Assembly (NCBI RefSeq): GCF_009914755.1
Contig: NC_060940.1
Reading direction: 5' to 3' (one strand)
Length of the DNA stretch: 64,000 nucleotides
Origin: the human T2T-CHM13v2.0 reference genome, Homo sapiens
In this document: positions 1 to 15,349 of the stretch, in pieces
Position numbering within the stretch: the first letter of the stretch is position 1
Layout of the letters: each line of letters begins with the position of its first letter
The notes under the pieces: generated by a model
Databases searched by the model: none
What the model was told of the DNA's origin: nothing
What the model saw: the letters and a program-made list of their open reading frames with translations, nothing else
Translations under genes and position numbers: made by a program

Positions 1-1266
1 GTGTGTACACTGCAGAATGGAGAGGAGGGAACCAGTACGGGGAATATTTGGCCATGTTTACTGTATGATCGTTGCTATGGCCATTAGCACTACAGCAGGT
101 TGTAAAGTGCTTTGGGATCCTTAAGGATCAAAGGTGCCTGGCTACATAAATGCCAGATGTTGCCATTAGGAAGAAGGAGCCTGGTTCTCTCCTGTATTCT
201 TTGAACATCTAATAAAAGAACAAAGCTGGTGCTGCTGGCACCAAACCACATCTCCTACTTGGTGTGTTCGAGGGGTGGGGAGCTTCCCAAAACCACTGGC
301 TGCAGATACCTATCCTTGCATGCCCAGTCTGTCCACTAGTTCCCTGAAGGCCTGCAGCTCCAGTTTCTACAGGGGTCCTTTCCCGCACAGTACATGAGCA
401 ACCTCCTGTAAGGGCTCAACATCATGGTCTTCTTTGAGGGCTGAAATGTAGCTTTGCTAAAGGGTACCTTTCCCATGGTTGCTGCAGAAAGCCAGCTAAG
501 AGTAGGAAGCAAGGCACTTAGAGGCCAGGGAAGCTTCTGGTGCATACTCTGGGCCCTTCCTACATGGGACTGGTATTAGTCTCCACAATCCTGCTTTTCT
601 GCAAAGCCACAGCTCTTGTAGATTGTAGTGAGCCCAGAGCCACTTGTTCTGCCTCCACTGGTGTTAAGACCTCATACTTTTCAAAAGCATCCTTCAGTTT
701 CATACACTCTAAATCCAACATCATGTCTCATTGCCAAACCTCTGGCAGAAGCCGTGTTGAGTTTCTCAGTGGAGCTATCGACCACATTGACTGAAGCCGC
801 AGCAATGTGTTTCTCCCCAACCAAAAGGGTAAAAATAACAGGAACAAGTTGTCGGAAATGAAATTTCAATTCATCCACGCCCTTTCTACACTTCTGCTGC
901 GACTCCCAAGCAGGGATCGATAGTGTTTAGACAGCCAAGGAGATTTTTTCCCCTCTTAAAGCACTAGATCAATAGTAAAAAAAAAAAAAATTCTCCAGCC
1001 CTCTGTATGTGTTGTAGTAAACGTGAACAAATCAGAGGCCTTTGGCTAAACAGATTGACTGAAGGCAGCAGCAGTCTGGTGCTTTGTAACTAAGACCACA
1101 TCAACTGCACAAGTGGCAATGAGGGAGGAAACCCCAGTGCTCCCGTGGTCCCGGTAACCAGGAGCCTTCAAAGGGAATGTCTGTCCCCAAAATGAGTGGA
1201 AGAAATGAAAAGATTCCTGTGCACTGCAGCATTTGGGTGTGCCTTTTTTAAAAAAATTAAATACTT

Positions 1267-1579
<313 letters not shown>

Positions 1580-2174
1580 AAATTAAATACTCGATAAGGA
1601 TTATGGGCCATCACAGAAGAGCATTTTATTGGAAGACATTTTGGACCTTGGGATACTGCACACTTCATTTCCATTTTGTCTTTTACCTCTTTTATTTTTA
1701 CTTTTAAAAAAGTTCTTAGCTATCTATGGCTTTTTCTCATTGCTTCACAAGTTTTCTCCCTATACTACTGTCCACTTTTCAAACATCTGAGAGTCAACTC
1801 AAACATTGGGTCCCAATCCAGGGACTCAAAAGACTATCATGAAGCTAGCCCTTCCTTGTGAGATTAAAAAATTATTCAGGTTGCAAAACCCAAAGGTGAA
1901 CTGAGATGAATATGTGAACATCGTCCTTCATTATAAAAGACTTGTTATTCTTATCAATGAGTATGGTGCTGACTTCCTTAATGAATTGATCATATTCATT
2001 ATAAAATAAAGCATTGGCTGAATCTAGCATAGAAGCATATAAGAAGATAGCATGCCAACATGTATTAGTTTAGATAATATAGCCTTTTCTGGTAGGTTTA
2101 GTTAAATAAATGTTTATAATCACAGATAAAAGAAATGATTGTTACTGATTGTGCTGTGTTTACATTTCTGTTTA

Positions 2175-2394
2175 CAGGGGTGTCCAATCTTTTGGCTTCC
2201 CTGAGCCACATTGGAAGAAGAAGAATTGTCTTGGGCCGCATGTAAAATACACTAACGATAGCTGATGAGCTAAAAATAAAAAATAAAAAATAAATCACCT
2301 AATGTTTTAAGAAAATTTACGAATTTGTGTTGGGCCACATTCGGAGCTGTCTTGGGCTGCATGTGGCCCATGGGCCGCTGATTAGACAAGCTTG
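2175..2394 (+). mobile_element. MER30 (hAT-Charlie MITE), full length
   Basis: Starts CAGGGGTGTCCAATCTTTTGGCTTCCCTG and ends GACAAGCTTG, as in the recalled MER30 consensus. Confidence 0.9.
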
Positions 2395-2519
2395 GTTTAG
2401 AAGCTTCTCATGGAGTCACTTTGCTTTGTATGAGCCCGTAATTTAAACCAGACCTATTCTCCTGGTCACCGGCATATCTCACAGGTATTCTAGAAGAGAG
2501 GTGCACCTCAGGCACTTCA

Positions 2520-2858
<339 letters not shown>

Positions 2859-3124
2859 TCAGTGATTATTTCCAAAGATGAAAGGAGAAACAGAGACTAT
2901 AAATATGAACTTACTTATTAATTCAAAAGTGCTGAGAACCCAGTATGCATTGGGTGAAGCAGAAATGTACGATGAGAAGTGTAACTCCAAAAATACCCAT
3001 GCCCTATAATGAGCTACCTTGTGCTGTAGCCTCTCCCTCTCCAGTAGTTCTTCTTATTACCATGTTAATGTTTCAACATTTGAATATGTAACAGTCCTGT
3101 TGGTTTCAAAATGTGATATGGAGT

Positions 3125-3546
3125 TGCGCTGGGTTTTCCTTTGCCCCTCACATACTCTCTGCCTCTCTCCCCTCCGCTCTGTGTCCCATGAGCTGCATCA
3201 ACCAGCTCTCTTACCCTCTGCTCTCTGGCCCCTGCTTGGTTGACCAGTGTGGAAAATCAGCAGGAAGGTCAGTGGGGGAGGGGACTGGGTCCTCAGATTC
3301 TGCCCTGCCAGGTCCCCAGAGGGTCTTGGGGCTTTCTCCACTCCCCATTTCAGGTCTGCTCTCTCCCCTGGCCCCTGAGGCTTGGAGGTGATCAAGACCT
3401 ACCCTTACTATACCTGGGCACTGCATGCCACCTTGTAGCTTCCTTATACCATGGTCACAGCTTTATGCCTAGTTCCTCTATGAAGTAGTCCACAAATTAC
3501 TCAGCTTGAGCATGCCATCGGCTTCCTGGTGGGATCTTAGTTTATA
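3125..3546 (+). mobile_element. LTR33-like ERVL solo LTR, degenerate
   Basis: 3' end AAATTACTCAGCTTGAGCATGCCATCGGCTTCCTGGTGGGATC resembles the LTR33 terminus. Confidence 0.65.
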
Positions 3547-3576
3547 AGGTAAATAACAGGAAGTCTCATATGCAGG

Positions 3577-4015
3577 CATATTAGTTGCCTAGGGCTACTG
3601 TAACAAAATACCACACTCTAGGTGGCTCCAGAGGCTGGGAGTCCAAGATCAAGGTGTTGGTGGGGTTGGTTCCTTCTAAGGGCTGTGATGGAGAATTGGT
3701 TCCATGTCTCTCTGCTAGCTTCTGGCAGTTTGCTGGCCACCTTTGGTGCTCCTTGGCTTGTAGACTCATCATCCCAGTCTCTGCCTTCATCTTTACATGG
3801 TGTTCTCCCTATGTGCATGTCTGTCTCCAAATTTCCCTTTTATAAGGACACCAGTCATATTGGATTAGGGGGCCACCCTATTCCAGGTTGACCTCATCTT
3901 AACTCATTACACCTGCAATGATGCTATTTCCAAATAAGGTCACATTCTCAGGTTCAGGGGGTCAGGACTTTAACATATGAATTGGGGTGGGGGCAACACA
4001 ACTAAACCCATAACA
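3577..4015 (-). mobile_element. MLT1B-like MaLR solo LTR
   Basis: ATTAGTTGCCTAGGGCTACTGTAACAAAATACCAC...CCAAATAAGGTCACATTC...CCCATAACA is the reverse complement of an MLT1B/C LTR. Confidence 0.88.
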
Positions 4016-4749
4016 GTAGTTACCTATGAGCAACTATCTTCTATTATACTGGGGAAAAAAATCCTCTCCTGCCCTCCTCCAGCCACCGTCTTCTCTCTCC
4101 TCTCTGCCCCTCACTTCTCATCTTCATGGATGAATTGTTCGCATTTGCTGCCTCTTGATATTTCCTCTATCCCCCTTTCCCCATATTCACCTTGTCACCC
4201 CTACCCTGGTGGCAGCAACTCTGAATGGCCAAGGTCAAAGTTTTGGGTGTCAACTCCAGGGGGCCCTTTTTGGTCCTTATTGTATCTCACAAACTTGACA
4301 TCAGTGGCTACCTCTAGAAATATTTTCTAGAAGCACTTTCTCCTTCTAGAAATGCTTTCTGTCCTTGGTTTCTGAGACTCTCTCCCAGATTTCCTCCTGC
4401 TCTTCTGACGGCTCCTTCGCTTCCTTGGCAAGTCCTCTCCTTCTGGCCATTCCTGAAATGGTCCCAGGTTCTTCCTGGTCTTCCTGGTCTTGTCCTCCCC
4501 ATTCTCACTCTACATCCTCCCTGGTCTTGTTCTCTCTTGTCAGATTTCAGTTATCATCCATATCAGGTTGTTCCTACAATAACATCTCCAGCACAGCTCT
4601 CCATCTGGAGCTCCAGATTTGGATAACAACTGCCTTCTACACAGGTGTGCTCCACTGACCCACAGGCTTCTGCAATTCAATCTCTCCAACACTAAATCTG
4701 TAAGCCTCTACTCCAAACCTGCTTCTCCTCTGATATCACCTTTTTAAGG

Positions 4750-5000
4750 TATTTAACAAACTTGCATCACGTTTATTGTGTGAGAAGGAGAGGCACAATT
4801 CTGAGCACTTCACTATTAACTTATGTAATCTGCATAACAGCCCTATGGGTACTGTGGTTATTTTTATTGTAAATGAGAAACTAAGGCACAGAGATGTGAA
4901 TAAACTTGCCCAAGATCACAGAGTACCATGGGGTAAAGGTGGAATTCAAACTCAAGTAGCCCAACTCTGGAATTTGTTCTTAACCACTACTATATATTGC
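4750..5000 (-). mobile_element. MIR SINE nested in L2
   Basis: MIR core ATGAGAAACTAAGGCACAGAGATGTGAATAAACTTGCCCAAGATCACA. Confidence 0.85.
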
Positions 5001-5303
5001 ATCAGTGAAAGGAACTGCCGTCTACTTCATTTGTTCCAGCCCAGAAATCTAAGCACCATCTTGATTCTTCTTTGTCTTTCTCTCTCACTCACTTCAACTC
5101 CCAGACCCTTCATCCCATCACTTACCATGTCCTGCCTATTGGATCTTCCCAATTAATCTTCTATGTTGGTCCTCTTCTCCTCAACCCCAATACTACTGCC
5201 CACTCCTCCAACAACTAGAGATACGATCATGTCATTTGCTTGCCTAAAGCCTTTTAATAATTATCCATTGCTCTCAAGGTAAAGTGTTCCTTAAATGGTT
5301 TAG

Positions 5304-5629
<326 letters not shown>

Positions 5630-7136
5630 TTGTGTCCTGTTTTCTGACCCTCCTCCCTGCCCTTCTTTACGTTTCCCGCCAGAGCTCTACTGAACTATGT
5701 TCAGTTTCTTGGACACACACCCAGTCCTTGGACCATTCTGCTTGTGCTACGGCTATGTGCATTATTCCATTTCTCTCCTCCCATCATCTTTGGGTTCACT
5801 CAGAACTCAGGGTAAATATCATTTCCTCTACAAAGCCTTCTCTGAATCCCCAAGCTTGGGTTCTTCCTCCAAGCACATGCTCCCTTCCTGATCTGAACGT
5901 CCCCACCAGGGCAGTCCTCACACTATATTAGAATTGTGGGCATACTTGTGTGTATCTCCCTCTAGACTGCAAACTCCATAGATCAAGGGATTGTAAATTT
6001 TTGTTCACCATCTTATCTGAAGTGAGTAGAGAAATAACTGGCACATAGTGGATGCTCAGTAATATTTACTGAAAGAATGAAGAGTCAAATTAACTAATTT
6101 GCAGTAAGAGATCACTGTCATGAGAACTGGAATATTTTCAGTCCACATGGCCAGCACACACTATCTCCAGAGGTAGACCAATATGAGAAGCCAAAGAGAG
6201 TTTTGGGTGACAGAATCAGAAGTAAGGGATACTGAAATAATCTGATATTGAATTATAACTGACTAGGACAGCATCTTGTAACTATCTTAGATAGCAAAGA
6301 TCTTGGGGCTGATACAATCAGTCTGTTGGCTAAGGCTCCCTCTCTCCAGGACAGAGCTAGGAGGGGTCCACCCATCATTCCCTCTGGGACCATATGTTCC
6401 ACCCGTCTGCATCATGAGATTGATAAGCTCTTTCTTACATAGACTACTCTGGTCCAGTCAAGTTTTGCAGATCTGAGATTTATCCTGTCTCCCTAAGGTG
6501 ATGCTGGGTATGGTTCAGCTCTCCCAGAATAACTTTTCTCTCATTTTCAAGTTCTGGAAGAAGCTCCCCTGTAATCTACTTTGAAGTTGCAGTATGTTCC
6601 AAATGGCTTCTGCTATTCAGAGGTGCAGTGGATCACTTTCTATTCAAATAATTAAGAAAGATTTTATGGAGATAGTTGCATTTGATCCTACTTTTGATTC
6701 TGACAGATGAAGATGGGCTATATTCTAAGATGTTGAGGAGAAATGAAATTTTCAAGCTGAAGCTGGAAGAGAAGGAGAGCCTGGAATGGGAAGAGCTGTA
6801 GATGCGAGAATTCAGAGTCTGAAATTTATCTAGAGGCAACAGGGAGCCATGAAGGTTTTCGAGCTGGGGAGAGACACATCAACAATTGCTTCGTGTACAT
6901 TAGCCTGACCTCTGTGTGTGGGAGACCGAATAGACAGAGAGAGGAAGCAGAGCAGAAGGCCTAGAAAGCTAGACAGGAGTTAGGAGATGACTCTTTTCAA
7001 ATAAAAATAGCCAGTTGAGCAGAGTGATAGGTGTGAAATCTATTTCTTTAATTTGTCACTGTAACAGTATATTATATCCAAATATATAAACACATTTATA
7101 GAAGTTTATTAAGCAGCAATTAAAAGCAAGCAAACA

Positions 7137-7520
<384 letters not shown>

Positions 7521-7899
7521 TTAAAATAATCATTAGGACAATACTACAATTTTGAATGGTCCAGTATCTTCCATCCTTAGATGAGTCTGCAGATTATAGA
7601 TTTGGTTACAGTGGGCTCCAAGATCTGTCCACATTCAACTCATTGGGTTAAAGCTGTCTGGGGTACTAGTCAAGTCATAGGGATGGGGAAGCTTTTTGGT
7701 CTAGACAATGTCTACATGATATTATCTAATATTATACTGGGATCCACCCTGTACCCTGTAGGGTGATTTGCCAAACACTTCACTTGTAACCCTAAAGAGC
7801 AAAGGTGAGATGATGGTAGGGCTGATTTTGGAGGGGGAGTGGTGAGACTTCTTATATTGAACCTGTTTATATTGCAAAGCCTTTTTCCTATAGCGGTTC

Positions 7900-8500
7900 T
7901 TCAGTGATCAAGTCGTGGAAGGGAAGGGAGAGTGAGGTGGTTACATATGGGCACTGCTATTGTTATGTTGGAAAATACTTTCTGATGAACAGTCATTTCC
8001 TCCCACTGCCGAAGGGTGTTGATAATGAGCAAATTACCTTTTACTCCCTCTGGTGTGGATGTGAAATTGGCTGTTAATAGAGTTGCTAATGCTACCGGGT
8101 TAGCATGTGATTGTTCTATTTTAAGCCAATTTAAGTTATATTTGGGGAGTAGCCAATCAGACACCTCACTAAGAATATGGGCCCAAATGCAGCATTTAAT
8201 ATCGAGAAACCTGCCTCACCCACAGATGTGGCTGTGAGCAGAAAGTGCTGAACATGCTGTCATTAACATGAAATGCTTTAATACAATGTCTCTTTTCCTT
8301 TGTAGGTACAAGAATGGTCTCATTAGGCAAATGCCAAATGTTTTCATCATAGGATAGAACCCATTTCAAACCCCAAGACTATAGAATGCCGTCAGCCAAT
8401 GATGTAGTTTGTTTAATATAACAATGGGTTAATATTGGTCATTTCATTACTGCTTGTTATGCAGTGAAATCTTACTAGAAAATGAAGTGTTCAGAAACTA
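7900..8500. promoter_or_regulatory. Repeat-free block, candidate conserved enhancer
   Basis: No recognisable repeat; three GCCAAT boxes, several TAAT/TGTCA motifs and a CAGATG E-box. Inference only. Confidence 0.35.
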
Positions 8501-9379
8501 GTTGAAAGGAGCAAAAGAGGTGAGAGATTTTTCCAAGTTATATGCTCGATTGGGCTAATTAAAGGTACAGATGCATTAGTGGGTTATGAACACCTTTGAT
8601 TTCTAAAGATGTTTTCCTAGGAAGGGGATGGTGTATTCTAATCGTAGACAGCACTGAGAGCTTTCCAAGGCCAGGGGGCACAGTTCTTCTCTCTTACGTG
8701 CTCCCTAACCCTCTCCCTAAGCACCTATTGCCACCTGGCACCTGGTGGGTGGATTGAGCGCATTACTTGGGAAAGTTTCTTGATTAATAGGAATATTCTT
8801 GAATAAAGCACTGTTGACTTGTGGTTTTCATGTTTTATTGGATTTTTCATGCTTTACATATGAAGCTCATAAAGTACACACAGAGAAGGAAACAGGTATG
8901 AAGGATGGAAAATAAAACTCAACTGATGGGATACAGAAAGGTACAGTGTGTGCCATTCTGGTGTGGATTAATTGGGCTTGGCATGATTATGGCTCCTGTC
9001 AGCTGATCAGTTTACTGGACTGAAGAAGTTGTGGGAATGGAAAGCGCTGGTGCCTAACATTACCTCAACCCCACCCCCGCCAAAATACTTCCCAAGGAAA
9101 TTCTATGCCCATACTCCCTAATTTGCTATTAAGCTCGGCGGCCATGGAAAACCCATCTGTTATGACCTCCTGCTCATTTAGCAAACATTTGCAGAGACCT
9201 GCCTTGTGCCAGGCTAGGATTTAGAGGTGACTAGGACAGGGTCCCCGACCAAGGGAGCGCAGAGTGCCCTGGGGAGGCACTTATCTAAAAAGTGTAACAC
9301 ATGGTGACAAACAGTCGGTAGCAGATGATTAAAAGCTTGGGCATTTGGAAAATACTTTTAGTGTTGACTTTTTTTTTTT

Positions 9380-9630
9380 TGAACAAATACACAGTACTTT
9401 GGATGTGCCAGGCACCGTGCTATGGACTTTACAAATATTAGCTCATTAATTCTCCCAACAACCTCCAGAGGCAGACACTATTATTATTTTCATTCTACAG
9501 TTGAGGAAACTAAGGCACAGAGAGGTTAAGTAATGTTCCCAAGGCTACACAGCTCATCAATGCAGAACCAGGATTTGAACTCACACCATCTTGCTCCAGA
9601 GTCCATGCCCTCAGCCACCACATGCTGCCG
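9380..9630 (-). mobile_element. MIR SINE, near full length
   Basis: TACAGTTGAGGAAACTAAGGCACAGAGAGGTTAAGTAATGTTCCCAAGGCTACACAGC...GGATTTGAACTC. Confidence 0.9.
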
Positions 9631-9970
9631 TCCCTTTAAGCCAGTCCCTGGAAGATGAATGGGACAAGCTTGTTCAAGGGCACTGATGTGTGACCACGTG
9701 TGGCCCACAAGGAGAGATCCAGTGGTCAGAACAGTGGCATAAGAAGAGATGCTGTCTGGGGTGTGAGTGCCAATCTTGGAGGAATGGGCAGAGAAAGGGA
9801 ACTGGCAAAGAGGGCTGAGAAGGAGCCCACAGAAGGAAAACCAGAGGAGGGGCCTCTCCAAAGAGGAGAAGGAAGATAAATTACGGCAGAGTCCACAGTG
9901 TCAGCTGCTACAGAAGTTCAAGTAAGAAGAGGAAAACCAAGCCATTCTTTTGGAGATTAGGAGCCTCTGC

Positions 9971-10731
9971 TGTAATTGCCCAAGGGGTCTTCCTGCCTGC
10001 TGCAAAGATAAGACCAATTCACTGAGACCATGGTATTGCAGTAAAGACAGAGTTTAATTAATGCTAAGCTAGTCACATGGAAGACAGTTACTACTTAAAT
10101 CAGTCTCCCTGATAACTCAGAGGGTAGGGTTTTTAATGGATAATTTGGTGGGTAGGAGGCTAGGGAATGGGTGCTGCTGATTAGTTGAGGATAAAATCAT
10201 AGGGGTGTGGAAAATAGTCCTTGTATGCTGAGTCTGCCTCTGGGTGAGTGTCATGGGACTGGTTGAGTCATGAGTCACGGGTCTTGGCAGGCAGTCAGTC
10301 AGTTGCTAGAATGCAAAATTCTGAAAAAAAATCTCAAAAAACCAATCTTAGGTTCTACACTAGCAACGTTATCTATAGCAGCAATCGGGGAAGTCACAAA
10401 TCTTGTGACCTTTGGCTACATGACTCCTAAGCAGTAAGGGATTATAGAAACTATGTCTACATTTTAAGTAGAATTCAGGCCTCTCCCATAATCCTAATCT
10501 CCTGACCTTTGTTAGTTTTATTCAGTCTCTGAGCAAGGAGGGGGTTGGTTTTAGGGACGGACTATTATCATCCTTGCTTCAAAGTTAAACCATGAACGAA
10601 ATTCCTCCCATGGTTAACTTGGCCTATACCCAGGAATGAGTGTGGACAGCCAGCTCGTGAAGCTAGAGGCAAGATGGATTCAGCCATGCTTGATTTCTCT
10701 CACTGTCATAATCTTTGCAAAGGCAATTTTG
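9971..10731 (-). mobile_element. LTR8A/LTR8B-type ERV1 solo LTR, inserted in an L2 remnant
   Basis: Right end ...TTTCTCTCACTGTCATAATCTTTGCAAAGGC is the reverse complement of the LTR8A start; left end TGTAATTGCCCAAGGGG; near-match 4-bp TSD CTGC/CTTC. Confidence 0.85.
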
Positions 10732-10846
10732 CTTCTGACCTTAGTGAACACAGGGTGGGTAGAACAGAGGACTGCAGTTACACTTACTGATGAAGAACTG
10801 ATGGGAAGAGAGAGTGCTGTGAATGTCTTTCTAGAAGTTTCATAAT

Positions 10847-11025
10847 AAAGGGAAGAGGGGAGAGAGAGAAAAGAAAGGGAAAGGGAGAGACAGAGAGGGA
10901 GTGAAATGGGATGGAAGGAAAGAGAGTGAGCCTAGCTTGGGGTCAGAGGCAGGCGGGAGAACAGAGAGTTGCAGGGGTGAGAGAGAGGTGGGGTTGGGGA
11001 GGCAGACCAGATGAAGAAGACTGAG
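10847..11025 (+). repeat. GA-rich polypurine low-complexity tract
   Basis: Strongly purine-biased: AAAGGGAAGAGGGGAGAGAGAGAAAAGAAAGGG... Confidence 0.8.
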
Positions 11026-12911
11026 CCTCAGAACTTCTCTCTGGCACACCTCAATCTGAGCACACACTCTTTGGGGCACAATGTAATTATTATTTCTTTC
11101 AGGCAGTGAAGCATAACATTAACAGGTTCAGTTGCAGATTTAATACAGGAAGCTTTATAGGACATCTTAGATCGTGAGGACTTTGAGGGAAGACCTAGGC
11201 TTCCTTAACGGAGTACCAGGCAAAGAGAAGGTTCTTCGTGTGTTTGTTGAATGAATGAATGGGTCTTATTCACATTTTTATTGTGAATATTATGAAAAAA
11301 GAACATGACACTGATTTTAAAACACTTGGAAATACAGTCATAAAACATGAAAATTTTATGGCCTGCAAGTCATTTCAGGAAATGCTGCAAATACATCCAT
11401 CCATCCTGCCCGAGGCCTTGAGGTAATAGGGCCATTATAGGATTTCTCATTGGGTCATCAAAAAACTTTCTGCCCCTATATTCCTGCTACTTTACAGACA
11501 GATTCTGTATTTTATTAAAGGTAGGAAAAATAAATTGTTTCGGAAGCGCAGGGTATAGTTAAAGGTGTTAAGAAAATGTAAAACAATTTTACTAGTGTCT
11601 TGCCTACTAATTTGGATAAATGTTTATTCTCAAAATGTTCTAGCATTATCTTTCTTCTTCCAGAAAGGTCAGGCACATGCCACTAAAAACACATTTAGTA
11701 CATTCGAGAATATTTTTCAAATGATTTATTGGAGCAATGTATGGACTATTTATTTAAATATATCTCTTATTTCCAGTAATGCTACAACCTCATTAGAAGC
11801 GACTTGGCTCATTGCTTAAGCAAAATGATTTAGCTATTTAGGAGCTCTCCTTTAAAAATAGGCTATTTTCTCTGAACAGTTTACCAGAATTGGGGATCTA
11901 TTTTTAGAAAAGTACAGAAGAATGGGTAAGGTCATAGTCCTGAGCCTTAGGTAATTCCTTGAGAAGTTGTATCTATTGTACGTTCTGGTTCATTTTTCTC
12001 CATTCCTGGTTCTCCAGCAGGGAGGAGTTCTCCTCTTGAGGTATGAGGGCACAGCCACCTCTCTGGGGAATTCTGGAATCCTCTGAAGAGGCTCTGTCCT
12101 GGCAGGCACCCAGCTAGTAAAGTATCGGGCCTGGTTTTAGCAGTGAAAAACTGCTTCTACTCTTTGGGGACATGAGAACCCGATTTTACATATTGGAAAA
12201 TGAAATTTGCTAACTACTGAGTGTGCAATGCATAATCCCCACTCTGTAGCTAATACATTCAGATGCTTACAGCATATACATAAGCTATGAAGCAGAATGA
12301 TCAAATGCGTGTGTGTGATCCCCTGCGAGCTGAAACATTACCAATATGTGGCTTCTAAGTGTTTCTCCTTGTGGCATTCCTCTGACCCTTGCCTCTCCCC
12401 ACCATCCTGAATTTTGTGTTTATTATTTACCTGTGATTAAAAAATACTTTTATCACATATGTATCCTCCTAAGAGGAGGGAGGGAAGGAGAGAGAAAGAA
12501 AGAGATGGAAGGAGGGAGGGAAGAAGAGACACACACGTTTGAGAGGAGAGAGAGAGACAGAATTCCCTAACAGTTTAATGTCACTTTAGAAAACACACAC
12601 ATTTCCTCAGGTATTTTGTTTCACCTAATGGTCCCAATTCAACTGTTATAGGATGCTAAATATGTTATTGTACTGAAAAATTTTTAATTTTATTAAATCT
12701 AGCTGGTGCACGTAGAAGGGAACTGGCAGTTTCATGTATTGTTTGTAGAGTGTTAATTGCCTTTTTTTCTTGAAAGTAATTTAGCAATATGGATGGAATT
12801 AAAGTCCTTAAAAAAATACAATGGGCCAAGCATTACCCCTTACAGGATTTTATTCTAAGGGAAGAATAGAATAAGTATGCAAAGATGTTTTTTTAAGGAT
12901 GTTAACTGCAG

Positions 12912-13234
<323 letters not shown>

Positions 13235-13373
13235 CTAAATGTCCAAAAGTTATTGGTTAAATATGCAGTGATTTAAAATGATGAAAGAATGTGCACGTTA
13301 TATTGAGTGGGAAAAAAGCAGCTATATAATACATAACAATTATATAATAACAACAGTTACATGGACCACCCTA

Positions 13374-13717
<344 letters not shown>

Positions 13718-15349
13718 TTTATATGTATGAAAAAAATTGTGGAGGCAAAAACACCAAATTGTATAAACAGGGACAAGATTTTAGGTGATTATCATTATTG
13801 CTTACCTGTATTTTTTGTCTTTCTAGAAGAGTAATATATTATTTTTTGAAAATGAAAAATAGCTTGTACTAGTCTATTTATTAAAGAGAAAGCTTGGAGA
13901 TTTTTTATGTGACCTATAGTCCATTATCCATCTGTGGATGGAAAATTTAAAATCATTGATACCTACTATGAAGAACTTTTCTCCCTTGCAGTGCTCTCTG
14001 GGGATGCAAACTGACTTTATATCAGTGAGGAAAAAAAAAAAAAAGAAATACAATTACACAACCCCCAAATGCATTCTATTGAACAAAAATTCAAACATCT
14101 GTATTACCCCAATCATATGTGCCCGGCTCCAGTCCATCAGCATGGCGCACACATACCACCGCTAGCTAACCACACCTCCCCAAGTTTTCCACAGGGCGGG
14201 TTAATATTTCTAGTTCCATTTGTCATTACAACCTCCCCATGAGGTGGAAGAGTCTATAGTGGCAGGTATGGTAATTATCAAGGCTGCTTTTTTTTTTTTT
14301 TTTAATTTGGTAAAAGACTGGTCAAATATTTTCATTTTATAGTCCCCTGATCTCTTGGAGCCTTTGAAAATAATGGTCAGTAGTTCAGCGAGTTCATTAT
14401 CTAATTCTCTTAAGGTTGGGGAATGTGCATTTCTGGACCTGCTGATTTACATATTGTACCATGTTTTCAAGTATTCCCTTACCCGGTTTATTTCAACATC
14501 TATATTTAAAAGTCTTCATTACTTCCTAATTATCTATGCTCCCTTTCTTTATTTTTCTTTTTTAAAGACCAGTTTAAAAACTCATTCTGCTTTCTCTGCA
14601 GCTGCTCTTATCTTTCCTCCATGAGCCTTAGAAAGAGTTGCACATTCTTTTTTTTTGGCTCTTCCTCATCCTTTCTCTATTTCTGCAGTGGGCTTTCTTC
14701 CATCCTTAGATCTTTTCAAGATTCTTTGTCAAGCGATTCGTTGCATTTTTTATTCAAGGCATCCTGGGCCTTTGTGGCTTAACTGTGATTTGAAAACTTT
14801 GTGCCCTTGCCTGTAGTGCTATCTGTGTTTCTTAATTCACCCAAATTGGATTTCTGAAAATCTTTGAGCTTGAGCAAGTTCCTTAATGTTTTTAAATACA
14901 GAGATCAGGTCATATCATCTGGGCAGTGGTATCTCGTGGTCAATAGTATTAAAGACCATTCATGGGAGTGAGAGAATCGGTAGAGATGTGAGGTCACTGT
15001 TCATGCTTTGGGCAGGATATAGATATTTTCAGACCCAAATCCATCCTTGACAAAGAAGCTAAGGCACTGTTGGTGTTCTAGGTTGTTGACACTGAACTTG
15101 GTTTCCTGGGCAGAGAACACACCTCAGAAGGCAGGCCACTTGCTGTTTAAAAATCCATGCTTAATAAAGGCTGCTCAGGAGTTCCTCTTTCTGGCTTACA
15201 CTAGTTAATGGTATGAGAACAAGTGCTAGATTTTACACTCATCAATTTAGATGCATCAATCCATAGTGTTCCTTCATTCTGTTTCTGACAGTTTGTGGAC
15301 CTGGGGATCTGCAGGTAAATATGTGATTTGAGACAACTTCCCTTCAATC

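Noticed and set aside
8665-8750. CTCF-like motifs (GGCCAGGGGGCAC; CCACCAGGTGCCAG on the minus strand)
   Set aside because: Mismatches at core positions; not supportable without ChIP data.
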